Assembly: GCF_018977255.1 (NCBI RefSeq)
Contig: NW_024704742.1
Coordinates: 8,248,001-8,312,000 of the forward strand
DNA length: 64,000 nt
Origin: Callorhinchus milii
Lineage: Eukaryota
Direction: 5' to 3'
Shown: in pieces, positions 35,501-47,500 of the stretch
Numbering within the stretch: position 1 is the stretch's first letter
Layout: the number at the start of each line of letters is the position of its first letter
Notes under the pieces: model-generated
The model's input: only the letters and a program-made list of their open reading frames with translations
Told to the model about the DNA's origin: nothing
The model's database searches: none
Translations under genes and position numbers: made by a program

Positions 35501-38500
35501 CTGAAAACTTGTGGTGGTTGAAGACTAAAAGAAGGCATTGAGGCAGTTAGAGACAAAGGAGCTGCTCGTGAATGCATTGTTAGCGATGAACTGGTTCCCC
35601 AATGCCAGATGCCCGTGTGGGGCTGTCTGGCCTGGGATGTCCGCCCGAGGTGAAAGGCACTATACAAATGTAATTCACCACCCGCAAACTCACACTGCCC
35701 ACATACTCACCCATATTAAACTCCGTACCCCCATCACAGCAGTTCTATCACTGAATGGGTTGATTTCAAGGTCCTCACATTCATTTTCACATTCCTGGCA
35801 TATCCCTATCTCTCCAAACTGCTTCCCCACCATCCGCTGCCTCTGCTCGACTGGCTCCGACCTCCTGCATATCCCTTGTGACCTCCATTCCACCATTGGT
35901 GGCCGTGGGTTCAGCCACTATGCCAGAAAACTCTGGAACACTCTTAATCTATCCCTCCACCTTTCCCCATAGTTCCCCATCTTCAGATTGCTCCGGAAGA
36001 CTTTCCTCTTTGACCTAACCTACGGTCACCTCCCCCGCCCTCCAGCTCAGTGTTGTGCTCCGTCACTGTCAAGTGCTCTGGGACGCTACACAGCATGAGG
36101 GATGCTTTGTAAATATAAGTTATTGTTGTCATTTGTTGTTGTTTTTGTTGGTCTGGACTTCCATCACAGTGCTCTCTCCTTCTTCCACCCTCAGAGGATA
36201 GTGAAGTCCTGCAGCTGAGTGGTTAGAGCACTCGCCTTGCGAGAGGATACACCAATCAACAACAACAAATTATACTTGTATAGCGCCTTTCACGTAGGAA
36301 AGATTTCCCAGGCCGCTGTATAGTCAGTGGGTTTTCAGACCCAAGATATGAGTTAAGGTCAGGAGAGGTGGAGGTCAGGGGGAGGGGGGATGGGTGGGAG
36401 GATGGCCAAAGGCACGGTTGAAAAGGAACTTCTTTAGATGAGACTTGAAGGAGGCAAGAGATGGGGTGAGGCAGAGAGATTGCGGGATAGAGTTCCAGAG
36501 TGTGAGGCAGAGATGCTGAATGCTTGACCACCAATGGTGGGGCAGGAAGTGCGGGGGACCGGAAGCAGGCGGATGTCGCCGAGCGGAAGGAGCAGACAGG
36601 CTGGTATGTAGTTAGGAGGTCTGAGAAATAGGGGGAGCAAGACCAACGAGGACTTTGATGATGAGTACAAGGGTTTTGTACTCAATTCTCTGAGGCATAG
36701 GGAGCCAGTGAAGCCGGGCAAGAATGGGGATGATAGGGCTTGTGGAGCCTGGTGCGGGAGAGGACACGAGCTGCAGAGTTCTGAATAATCTGCAGAGTTG
36801 AGAAGACCAGCGAGCAGGCGGTTGGCATTGATAACATGACTGTTGACAACAACAGCAATCGACTAAGTTAATTAAGGGTTCCTAGTTATTGCGAGGTAAA
36901 CAGAGTGTGGAGCAAGGAAATTTACCAAAGGTTTTGCCCTGTCCCACCCGGGAATTGAATGCAGATGGGCAAGGAGATGTTGGCAAGAGCCGAGGTGGAT
37001 GGATTCCATCTTGCTCAGCTGATCTGAAGGTTAAGGATCACAAGTATTTTGGCTCTGGTCTACATATAATCAGACAAATGTGGACAATAACTAATTTCTA
37101 CATCTTACTCACCCTTGGATTTCAGCCATGATGCAGCCTGCTTTCCTGTCTGCACAAACACAGAGGGGAGCTGGGGAGTCGTGGCCCATTCCTAAATTGT
37201 GTCCAATTTCATGGGCTAAATTAGAAGCAATCCCTAAACTGTCAGCTGTATTGTCCTAGAAAAAGAAAGTCATTTAGGGAGAAACAATCAAGAAGATAAT
37301 AATTATAACAATGATAATTCTTGCATTTGATATAGCGCCTTATCATGTCTTCTAGACATCTCAAAACGCTTCACAAAATATACCGTAAAGTGAATTGACT
37401 GTATATTTTTTGAGCGATGGGCCAATTAACTAACAACTGGGTTCCCACTTACTGCTAGGTAAACAGAGGCGTGTGGAGTAAGGAAACATGCCTAACATTT
37501 TACCCTGCCTGCGAATCAAACCCAGGCCCTTTTGCTTGTGATGCGAGCGCTCTGACCACTAAGCTACAGCCATATGCACAATGCTATCCACACATAAGAT
37601 GGTTAGTTCTAGGAATATGCACGCAATGTGCAAATAGGTCACTTCTTTAAAGAGTACAACACGTACAAACAATGTGACGCTCACCAAAGCAATACCTCCC
37701 GAGTAATCCGACGAGCACATGGAGCTGAACTGAGCTGGTTGTTCTGTGACATTTCCATATGTATTTCCCCTATGAAACAAACACAATTCACACAATAACA
37801 CAATAACGATGTCAGAGAGCGAGCGGGCTGGGGCTGGGAGCGAGTGGGCCGGGGCCGGGAGCGAGCGGGCCGGGGCCGGGAGCGAGGGTGCGGGCTGGGG
37901 CCGGGAGCGAGGGTGCGGGCTGGGGCCGGGAGCGAGGGTGCGGGCTGGGGCCGGGAGCGAGGGCGGGCTGGGGCCGGGAGCGAGCGAGCGGGCTGGGGCC
38001 GGGAGCGAGCGAGCGGGCTGGGGCCGGGAGCGAGCGAGCGGGCTGGGGCCGGGAGCGAGCGAGCGGGCTGGGGCCGGAGCGAGCGAGCGGGCTGGGGCCG
38101 GGAGCGGCGGGCGGGGGAGGAGCGGAGCGGGGGCAGGGAGCGAGCGAGCGGGCAGGGAGCGAGCGAGCGGGCAGGGAGCGAGCGAGCGGGCAGGGAGCGA
38201 GCGAGCGGGCAGGGAGCGAGCGAGCGAGCGGGCTGGGGCCGGGAGCGAGCGAGCGGGCTGGGGCCGGGAGCGAGCGAGCGGGCTGGGGCCGGGAGCGAGC
38301 GAGCGGGCCGGGAGCGAGCGAGCGGGCAGGGGCAGGGAGCGAGCGGGCAGGGGCAGGGAGCGAGCGGGCGGGCAGGGAGCGAGCGGGCAGGGAGCGAGCG
38401 AGCGGGCAGGGAGCGAGCGAGCGGGCAGGGAGCGAGCGGGCAGGGGCAGGGAGCGAGCGGGCAGGGGCAGGGAGCGAGCGGGCAGGGGCAGGGAGCGAGC

Positions 38501-41500
38501 GGGCGGGGCGGAGCGAGCGGGGCTGGGGCCGGGAGCGAGCGAGCGGGCTGGGGCCGGGAGCGAGCGAGCGGGCTGGGGCCGGGAGCGAGCGAGCGGGCTG
38601 GGGCCGGGAGCGAGCGAGCGGGCTGGGGCCGGGAGCGAGCGAGCGGGCTGGGGCCGGGAGCGAGCGAGCGGGCTGGGGCGGGAGCGAGCGAGCGGGCTGG
38701 GGCCGGGAGCGAGCGAGCGGGCTGGGGCCGGGAGCGAGCGAGCGGGCTGGGGCCGGGAGCGAGCGAGCGGGCTGGGGCCGGGAGCGAGCGAGCGGGCTGG
38801 GGCCGGGAGCGAGCGAGCGGGCTGGGGCCGGGAGCGAGCGAGCGGGCTGGGGCCGGGAGCGAGCGAGCGGGCTGGGGCCGGGAGCGAGCGAGCGGGCTGG
38901 GGCCGGGAGCGAGCGAGCGGGCTGGGGCCGGGAGCGAGCGAGCGGGCTGGGGCCGGGAGCGAGCGAGCGGGCTGGGGCCGGGAGCGAGCGAGCGGGCTGG
39001 GGCCGGGGAGCGAGCGAGCGGGCTGGGGCCGGGAGCGAGCGAGCTAGGGCTGGGACTGGGCTGGGGCCGGGAGCGAGCGAGCGGGCTGGGGCCGGGAGCG
39101 AGCGAGCGGGCTGGGGCCGGGAGCGAGCGAGCGGGCTGGGGCCGGGACGCGAGCGAGCGGGCTGGGGCCGGGAGCGAGCGAGCGGGTGGGGCCGGGAGCG
39201 AGCGAGCGGCTGGGCCGGGAGCGAGCGAGCGGGCTGGGGCAGGGAGCGAGCGAGCGGGCTGGGGCAGGGAGCGAGCGGGGCTGGGGCAGGGAGCGAGCGA
39301 GCGGGCTGGGGCAGGGAGCGAGCGAGCGGGCTGGGGCCGGGAGCGAGCGAGCGGGCTGGGGCCGGAGCGAGCGCCCTGGGGCAGGGAGCGAGCGCCCTGG
39401 GGCAGGGAGCGAGCGCCCTGGGGCAGGGAGCGAGCGCCCTGGGGCAGGGAGCGAGCGGGCTGGGGCAGCGAGCGCGCTGGGACAGGGAGTGAGCGGGCTG
39501 GGGCAGCGAGCGCGCTGTGACAGGGAGTGAGCGGGCTGGGGCTGGGACTGGGAGCGGGCTGGGGGTGGGAGCGAGCGCGCTGGGGGTGGGAGCGGGCTGA
39601 GGCTGGGGGTGGGAGCGAGCGCGCTGGGGGTGGGAGCGAGCGCGCTGGGATGGGGAGCGAGCGGGCTGGGACGGGGAGCGAGCGGGCTGGGACGGGGAGC
39701 GAGAGGGCTGGGACGGGGAGCGAGCGGGTGGGGACGGGGAGCGAGAGGGCTGGGACGGGGAGCGAGCGGGCAGGGACGGGGAGCGAGCGCGCTGGGAAGG
39801 GGAGCGAGCGGGCTGGGACGGGGAGCGAGAGGGCTGGGACGGGGAGCGAGCGGGCGGGGACGGGGAGCGAGAGCGCTGGGACGGGGAGCGAGCGGGCTGG
39901 GACGGGGAGTGGAGCGCTGGGACGGGGAGTGGAGCGCTGGGACGGGGAGTGAGAGCGCTGGGACGGGGAGTGAGCTTGCTGGGGCTGGGGCTGGGAATGA
40001 GAGGGCTGGGCTGGGAGAGGGAGTGAGTGTGCTGAGACGGGGAGAGAAACACGGATTGGGAGAGATGTCCTTACATGACTAGCTGAGCATTGTCGTTGTA
40101 CAGTCTGGGCAGAAGGTTGAACTTTCTCCACTGGAGGAAGCGTTTGAGTATTCCCAGAGCGTTTGTATCAACAGGGATCTGATCTACTGTCCAAACCTCT
40201 ACTCCAATCAGTGCGATTCGGATGGATAGCGGTCTGTAAAACTAGTGAGTCAAGTCACGCTCTACGTCAGGTTGAATGAAGGCAGTTTGGAAGAATACAA
40301 TCTTAGCCCTGATCACCTCCACCATCTTATACAAAGACACATCCACCCCTCACTCCACAATTGAACAGAATCCAGCCTGTCCTCTCGGTGTCACACACAC
40401 ACTCAGCCTCTCGGTGTCACACACACAGCTTCTCACTCACACACACACAGCCTCTCACTGTCACACACACACACAGCCTCTCAGTGTCACACACACACTC
40501 AGCCTCTCGGTGTCACATACAAACATAACCTCTCAGTGTCACACACACACCATCTCACTGTAACATGCACACACCACCATCTCACTGTTACATGTATAAT
40601 TACACACACAGTCTCCATATGCACACACACACACACATATATATATATAAATAAATGACTTGGACGAAGGAATAGTCAACAACAACAAAATTACATTTAT
40701 ATAGCACCTTTCATGTCGGGAGGATGTCCCAAGGTGTTGAAAATAGTTTTATATTGAAATTTGCAGATGACATAAAGTTAGGAGGCACAGTAAATTGTGT
40801 AGATGGGAGCAGGAGGATACAGGGACTTAAGATAGATTGTGAGTGAGCAAAACCATGGCAGATTGAATTCAGTGTGAGGTCATCCCTATGGATCCAAAAA
40901 TAGGAAAACAGATTATTTTCTAAATGGTGAAAAACTGAGAAACTAAGAACTGTGGAGGAGCAAAGGGATTTGGGTGTCCACGTACACACATCACTAAATA
41001 CAAGCTCACAGGTACAAACAATTATCTAAAAGGCTAATGGGAAGTTGGCCTTTATTTCAAGGGGCCTGGAATATAAAGGAGAGAAAATGATGTTTCAACT
41101 ATACAGGGCCCCATTTGGAGTACAGCGTTCAGTTTTGGGCACCGCACCTCAGGAAGGATAAATTGGCTCTGGAGGGGGTGCAGAACAGATTCACCAGAAT
41201 GATACCAGGGCTTAAAGGGTTAAATTATGAGGACAGGTTCCATAAACTTGGTCTGTGTCCCCTTGAGTTTCGAAGGTTGAGGTGTGATCTGATTTGAGAA
41301 GTTTAAAATAATAAAGGGATTTGATAGGGTAGATACAGAAACTATTTCTCTGGTAGGGAATCCAGAACAAGGGGCCAGCCTTTTAAAATTAGTGTTAGGC
41401 CATTTAGGAGTGAAATTAGGAGGCAGTTTTTCACCCAAAGGGAAGTGGAAATCTGGAACTGTCTCCCCTGTGTGGAGAGAGGCTGTGAATGCTGGATCCA

Positions 41501-44500
41501 TTCACATTGTCCAGACTGAGGTGGATAGATATTTATTAGGTCAGGCAGGTAATTGGACTTGAGGTGCAGATCAGCCTTGATGGTGAAACAGACTTGAGGG
41601 GCTCAATGGCCTACAACAACCACAACAAACCTACTCCTGTTTCTATGTCTCACTGTTACATGCACACACACACACACACACACAGTCTCACTGTTATACA
41701 CACATATTCCCTGGGGAATGAAATGGGGCAAGTGGAGCAGGTTTCAGTAGGAGAGCATCTGGACAACAGTGATCACAACATCATCAGGTTTAGTGTAAAA
41801 AAAGGTTAAGTCAAAGGTAGGGTGGGTCCAATTAGGGATCAAAGAGGAAATCTTCTTATGGAGGCAGAGGGCATGGCTGACATACTGAATGAGTTCTTTG
41901 CATCTATCTTCACAAAAGAAGAGGATGCAGCCAATACCACGGTATTGGAGGAGAGGATAGAGAAATTGGATAAGATAAGAATAAACCGAGAGGAGGTATT
42001 AAAAAAGGTTGATAGTACTCAAGATAGATAAGTCACCTAGTCGGTTGGGATGGAAGTAAGGGTAGAAATAATAGAGGCACTGGTCACAATCATCCTTGGA
42101 TATCAGGGGTGGAGCCAGGGAACTGGACGGTTGCAAATGTTACAACTCTGTACAAAAAGGGGTCAGAAGGATAAACCCGGGAACTACAGGCGGGTAGTCA
42201 GTAGTTCCCTACTACTGACTACCCGCCTAACGTCAGTAGTGGGGAAACTTTTAGAGATTATAATCCGGGACAAAATAAATTTTTACTCATAAAATATGGG
42301 TTAATAAAGGACATGCAACATGGATTTGCTAAAGGCAAATCACGTCTAACAAATCAGATAGAGCTTTTTGATGAAGTAACGGAGATGGTGGATGAAGGTA
42401 ATGCAGTTGATATAGTTTATAAGTATTTTCAAAAGGCGTTTGATAAAGTGCCACATAAGAGACTTGAAAGCAAAATAGAGGCCCACGGTATTAAAGGGAC
42501 AGTAGCAGCGGATACAGAACTGGTTGGGAGACAGAAAGCAGAGAGTGGTGGTGAACAGTTGTTTTTCTGACTGGAGGGAAGTGTGCAGTGGTGTCTCCCA
42601 GGGGTCGGTATTCGGACCACTGCTGTTTTTGATCTAAATAAATGACCTGGACTTGGGTATAGGGAGATCAATATCCAAGTTTACAGGTGATACTAAATTA
42701 GGAAAAGTAGTAAACAGTGAGGAGGATAGAGAACATAGACTGACTGGTAACATGGGCAGACACGTGGCAGATGAAGTTTAATGTGGAGAAATGCGGAGTG
42801 ATGCATTTGGGGAGGAAGAATGAGGAGAGGCAATATAAGCTGATGGTACAATCTTAAAGGGGGGGAAGGAACAGAGAGAACTGGGCTTTCAAATAAGCAA
42901 ATCTTTGAAGGTGGCAGGACAGGTAGTTAAAGCTGTAATAAAGCATATGGGATACCAGGCTTTATAAATAGGGGCATAGAATACACAAGTCAGGAATTTA
43001 TGATAAATCTTTACAAAACACTGGTTAGGGCTCAGCGAGAGACTGTGTTCAGTTCTGGGCCCCACACTTTAGGAAGGACGTTAAGGCATTGGAGAAGGTG
43101 CAAAGGAGATTTACCAGGATGGTACCAGGAATGAGGGACTTCAGTTATCAGGAGAGGATAGAGAAGCTGGGATTATTCTCCTTGGAACAAATAAGGTTAA
43201 GAAGAGACTTAATAGAAGTTTTCAGAATTATGAGGGGATTTGATTGGGTGAACAAGGAGAAACTATTTCCACTGGCGGGTGGGTTGATTTAAAATAGGTT
43301 TTAAAAGAAATGGAGGTGAGGAGAAATTTTTTCACACAGTGGTGTGTTTGGATCTGGAATGCATTGCTTGAAAGGGAGGTTGAAGCCAAATCAATAACAA
43401 CGTTTATGAGAGAAATAGATAATTATTTGAGGAGGACAAGTTTGCAGGCGCACGATGGGCCAAATGGCCTCCTTCTGTGCTGAATAATTCTATGATTCAC
43501 ACACACACACAGTCTCAGTGTTACACAAGCACAAACACACCATCTCACGGTTGTACAGATTTTATTATTTCACATCTCTGTGTACTATTCACCACTGCTT
43601 AAAGAGAGAGCAATTTTATGGCCAAATTTGTGACGGCTGATGCCTGGGCCTGCAAAGTGGTTAAAGTCACCTAAAACCTCTCATAGCAGCTCTATCCCCA
43701 TCGTAGCAGCTCTATCCCCATCTATCCAGCAATTTCAGTAAAGCTTTTCAAACTCACCAAATCTACGTAATTAGCAGCATTGACCAAGCGATTGATAACT
43801 TTTCGTTTGCTGTGAAATGCACTGCGATACTGAAATAAGGAATCACATGATATACGGCAATGTGGTCAGCAGATTACATGTTCTCCACCTCTCCTGATCC
43901 AAACCCCCAGCTCAGGTCCTGATCCCTGACTGTCCAGCGCCTTAGGATATCCCCCCTACACACACAGCACACCCCTCCCCACACACACAGCACACTCCTC
44001 CACCCCTCCCCACACACAGCACACCCCTCCCCCCACACATACACAACACACCCATCTCAATTCCACATGCACCCCTTCCAATCCAGCCCACGCAGTATAG
44101 CCCTCCCACTTATGCCCACACCACCCCTGCCCACATTGTATTTGGAAGCAGTGATAGCTTGTGCATTGTATATGGTTTATGTACCTCTGCATTGTCGGCA
44201 ACTAGCACCAGCTCAATGTGCTTCACCTCTGTGCTCAGACTCCTTTTTAGCTGAAAAAAAGTGAATGACTTTAAAGCAGGTTTGGAGTAATATTCACAGG
44301 CATTACATTCACCACATCACGTATATAATGAATGGAATACAAAAGGTTCAGATGTAAAAGGCACTTTAACCAATTTCATCTTGTCCTGCCCAAACACCTA
44401 TCTTAGCCTGGCTGGAAGGGGAAGAAGGAGAGCGGTATCTCAAAGCAACCTTTTAGACTTTGTTTAGTCCTGCAGTTTCGTGGTTAGCATGCTCGCCTTG

Positions 44501-47500
44501 CAAGTGAGAGGACCTGGGTTCGATTCCCAGGCAGGGCGAAACGTTGGGCAATACGATACAAAATTACATTTACACAGCGCCTTTCATGTTGGGAGGACGT
44601 CCTCCTGGGGTAATAATCTCCCCCCCCCCTCCCCCGCATCAAACAATAATAATTTGATCACTGAATCGACTGTTTGTGAGACACTGCTGGGTGCAATATA
44701 CAGTCACTACCATTTACATATTCTGTGAAGCACCTTGTGCCGTCTCAAAGACGTGATTAGGCGCTACATCAAATGCAAGGATTATTTTATTGTTATTAGA
44801 ACATGACAGCTCCTTTCTTTTCAGTGTTTTTCTTTGATTTAACGTTGTTTATGTCCTGTGCTAAATTACATATTGCTGTCACTGTCACCCGATCGATGAC
44901 CTGCAACACAAAGCTCCTCAAACCTACCAATATGCTGTGTCAATCAGACATCAAACGTGATGCTTACCCGATGTGAATGCTCAATAGAGTTTTTGGCCAC
45001 CTCAGGGAATGAGTGTCTGAGGCTACATCTGCGCTCTTTTGATTTGAGTTGTTCAGGTTTATACATCAGGTGGCGCCCTTGTTCATCTTCCTCGAGGTGC
45101 TCAATAACGTAACTCTGGTTTGTGAGCAGAATGAGAGCACTGACAGTGAGACAAGAAAGGCAAAGAAGGTGAAACAGATTTATTTTTGCATCTTTAAGTA
45201 TATTGCAGAGGAGCCTAAAGAGGTTATAAAATTGCTATTTGATTGGAGTCAATGGTGCAGATTACATTACCCTGCGTGAAGGAAACAGAAATATTGTACA
45301 GCCTACTGCTTACAATGGTTTTTCCTCCTTGCACGGTCACTGACGGTATCTCAGAGCTCTATGCTTGGCCCCACTTTATTCTCATCTACATTCTCCCTCT
45401 TAATCTATACTAATAAAACGACAATGTCTGTCTGCGCTTCAAGAAAGATCCCCATAACCGATTGACATAGAGACATGATTTATACTCTTCAGAAAGTTCT
45501 TGATCTGGGAGTGACATGGGCATATTGTTTTTGGATATCTCCTATCATTCATGAGTTATGACCTAAAATGTATTTCAGTTTTGCGTTTTTCGCTGCAGTT
45601 ACACCTGGTGGCCGCCGAATCAAAGCGGTGCTGTGGCATCGTACATCACCACGCACCACGCACCTCCGTCTGTACGCACGCGCACACTGCAGTTACGTCT
45701 TGTGGCTGCACTGGCTGAAAGTGGTACAGAGTACGCACGTAGCCAAGCGGCGGTGGGAACAAAATAAAGAGCACAAGCGAAACTAAGCTCGCGGCAACAA
45801 TAAAATTACAATTATAAAAGCGCCTTTCACGTCGGGATGACATCCCAGTGATTGTAAATTATACATTATATATGCAACAGTATGCCAAAATGAGTTGCCC
45901 ACTCAAAGAACAGCATGGCCAAAATTAATCCTCCCACAGGAGTCCTCCCAGCTGAGTAAAGAGTAAAGATAAAGATGAAATGTCTGTCTGTGTGTCAATC
46001 TACATTCCATATTGGATTCTTTGGTTGCAAGTGAATCTGCAATGGGTACAGCGAGACACCGGGGTTCAATTCCAGGCAAGACGAATCCTTGAGCAAGTTT
46101 CCTTACTCCACACAGAGCCTAATAATAATCCCTCCAAAACAAAACAATAATAAATTGGTCATTTTCAATCCATGACTGTTTGTGGGACACTGCTGTGCGC
46201 AATTGGCTGCTGCGTTTCGCCCACAAATATACAGGCAATTCACTTTACAGTCTATTCTGTGAAGCTCTTTGAAACGTCGAGAAGACGTGAAAAGCGCTAT
46301 ATCAAATCAAGTATTATTATTATATTATAGCTTGTAATATATAATCATCTTTGCATTTGATATAATGCCTTATCACATCTTCAAGATGTCTCAAAGTGCT
46401 TCACAAAATATACTGTAAAGTGAATTGACTGTATATTTTGTGGGTGAAATTCGGCAGCCAATTGCACACAGCAGTGTCCCACAAACAGTCATGGATTGAG
46501 TGACCAAATTATTATTATTTTTTGAAGGAATTATTACCCCCAGAAAGGACTCCCCTTGTTGTTCCAGGTTTACTCAGCACTAGTTGCCAAATCCAGGTCC
46601 TCATGTGAGGGGCCCTGGCAAACAGACATGCCCTCTGTGAAGCCGCTTCCAACTCCAAGTGCTTAGTGACAGATCAGTGTAGGCCAGAGTCCTCCCTCCC
46701 TGCAGCTGCTTCCCGTATTTGCCACAAATTCACCTCACTGCTTATCCTGGACTTTGTAAATGAGCTGGAGGAGATCCCCACTTACCTCCTCCCAAGGAGG
46801 ATAATCACTAGTTAGCCATTTGATATCCGATAAGTACGTGTTTGAGCCCTCAGTAGGTGGATGGCAGGTATCAGGAACTCCCCACAAGCAGTCGTGGATT
46901 AAGTGAACAAATTATTATTTTTTTAAGGGGATTATTTTACCCCCGGAAAAGCGATCCACCAATCAATTAACAACTGGGTTCCTACTTACTGTTAGGTAAA
47001 CAGGTGTGTGGAGTAAGGAAACTTGCCCAACGCTTCGCCCTGCCAGGAATTGAACTCAGGTCCTCTCACTTGCGAGGTGAATGCTCTAAACACTGAGCTA
47101 CAGGATTCCACATTAAGATCCTCACCGTCACCTACAAATCTCTTCACATCCTCTCTGATCTCGGACATCACCCCTCTGTCCCTACACTCAGCTTGCACAT
47201 GTCTGCTGCGCGACCCAACCACTCCTCACTACAATCTGTGGCCGTGCCTTCAACACTAGACTCTGGAACTCCCTGCCTCAATCTGTCGGCTTGCAAGACA
47301 CCTTTTGTCTTTTGTCTCAAGATCCTCCTGTTTGGCCACCCTCTTACCCCCACCCTCCCTGCCCTCTACCCTCCCTGATCCTAACCCCCCAACTGAGGTC
47401 CAAATCCCTGAATATGCAGGGCCTTGGGGCGTCTTCCTGGGGTGTAAATATAACTTTGTATTGTATCATATCTACCTTTAAATCCCATCTGACTACCTCG

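Noticed and set aside
37817..40020. Resemblance to immunoglobulin switch repeats (GGGCT/GAGC)
   Set aside because: No Ig genes nearby and AGCT palindromes are nearly absent. The similarity is compositional.
37681..40131. Long ORFs of 400-816 aa on both strands
   Set aside because: They arise from a stop-free GC-rich minisatellite inside a GT-AG intron. The real flanking exons use other frames.
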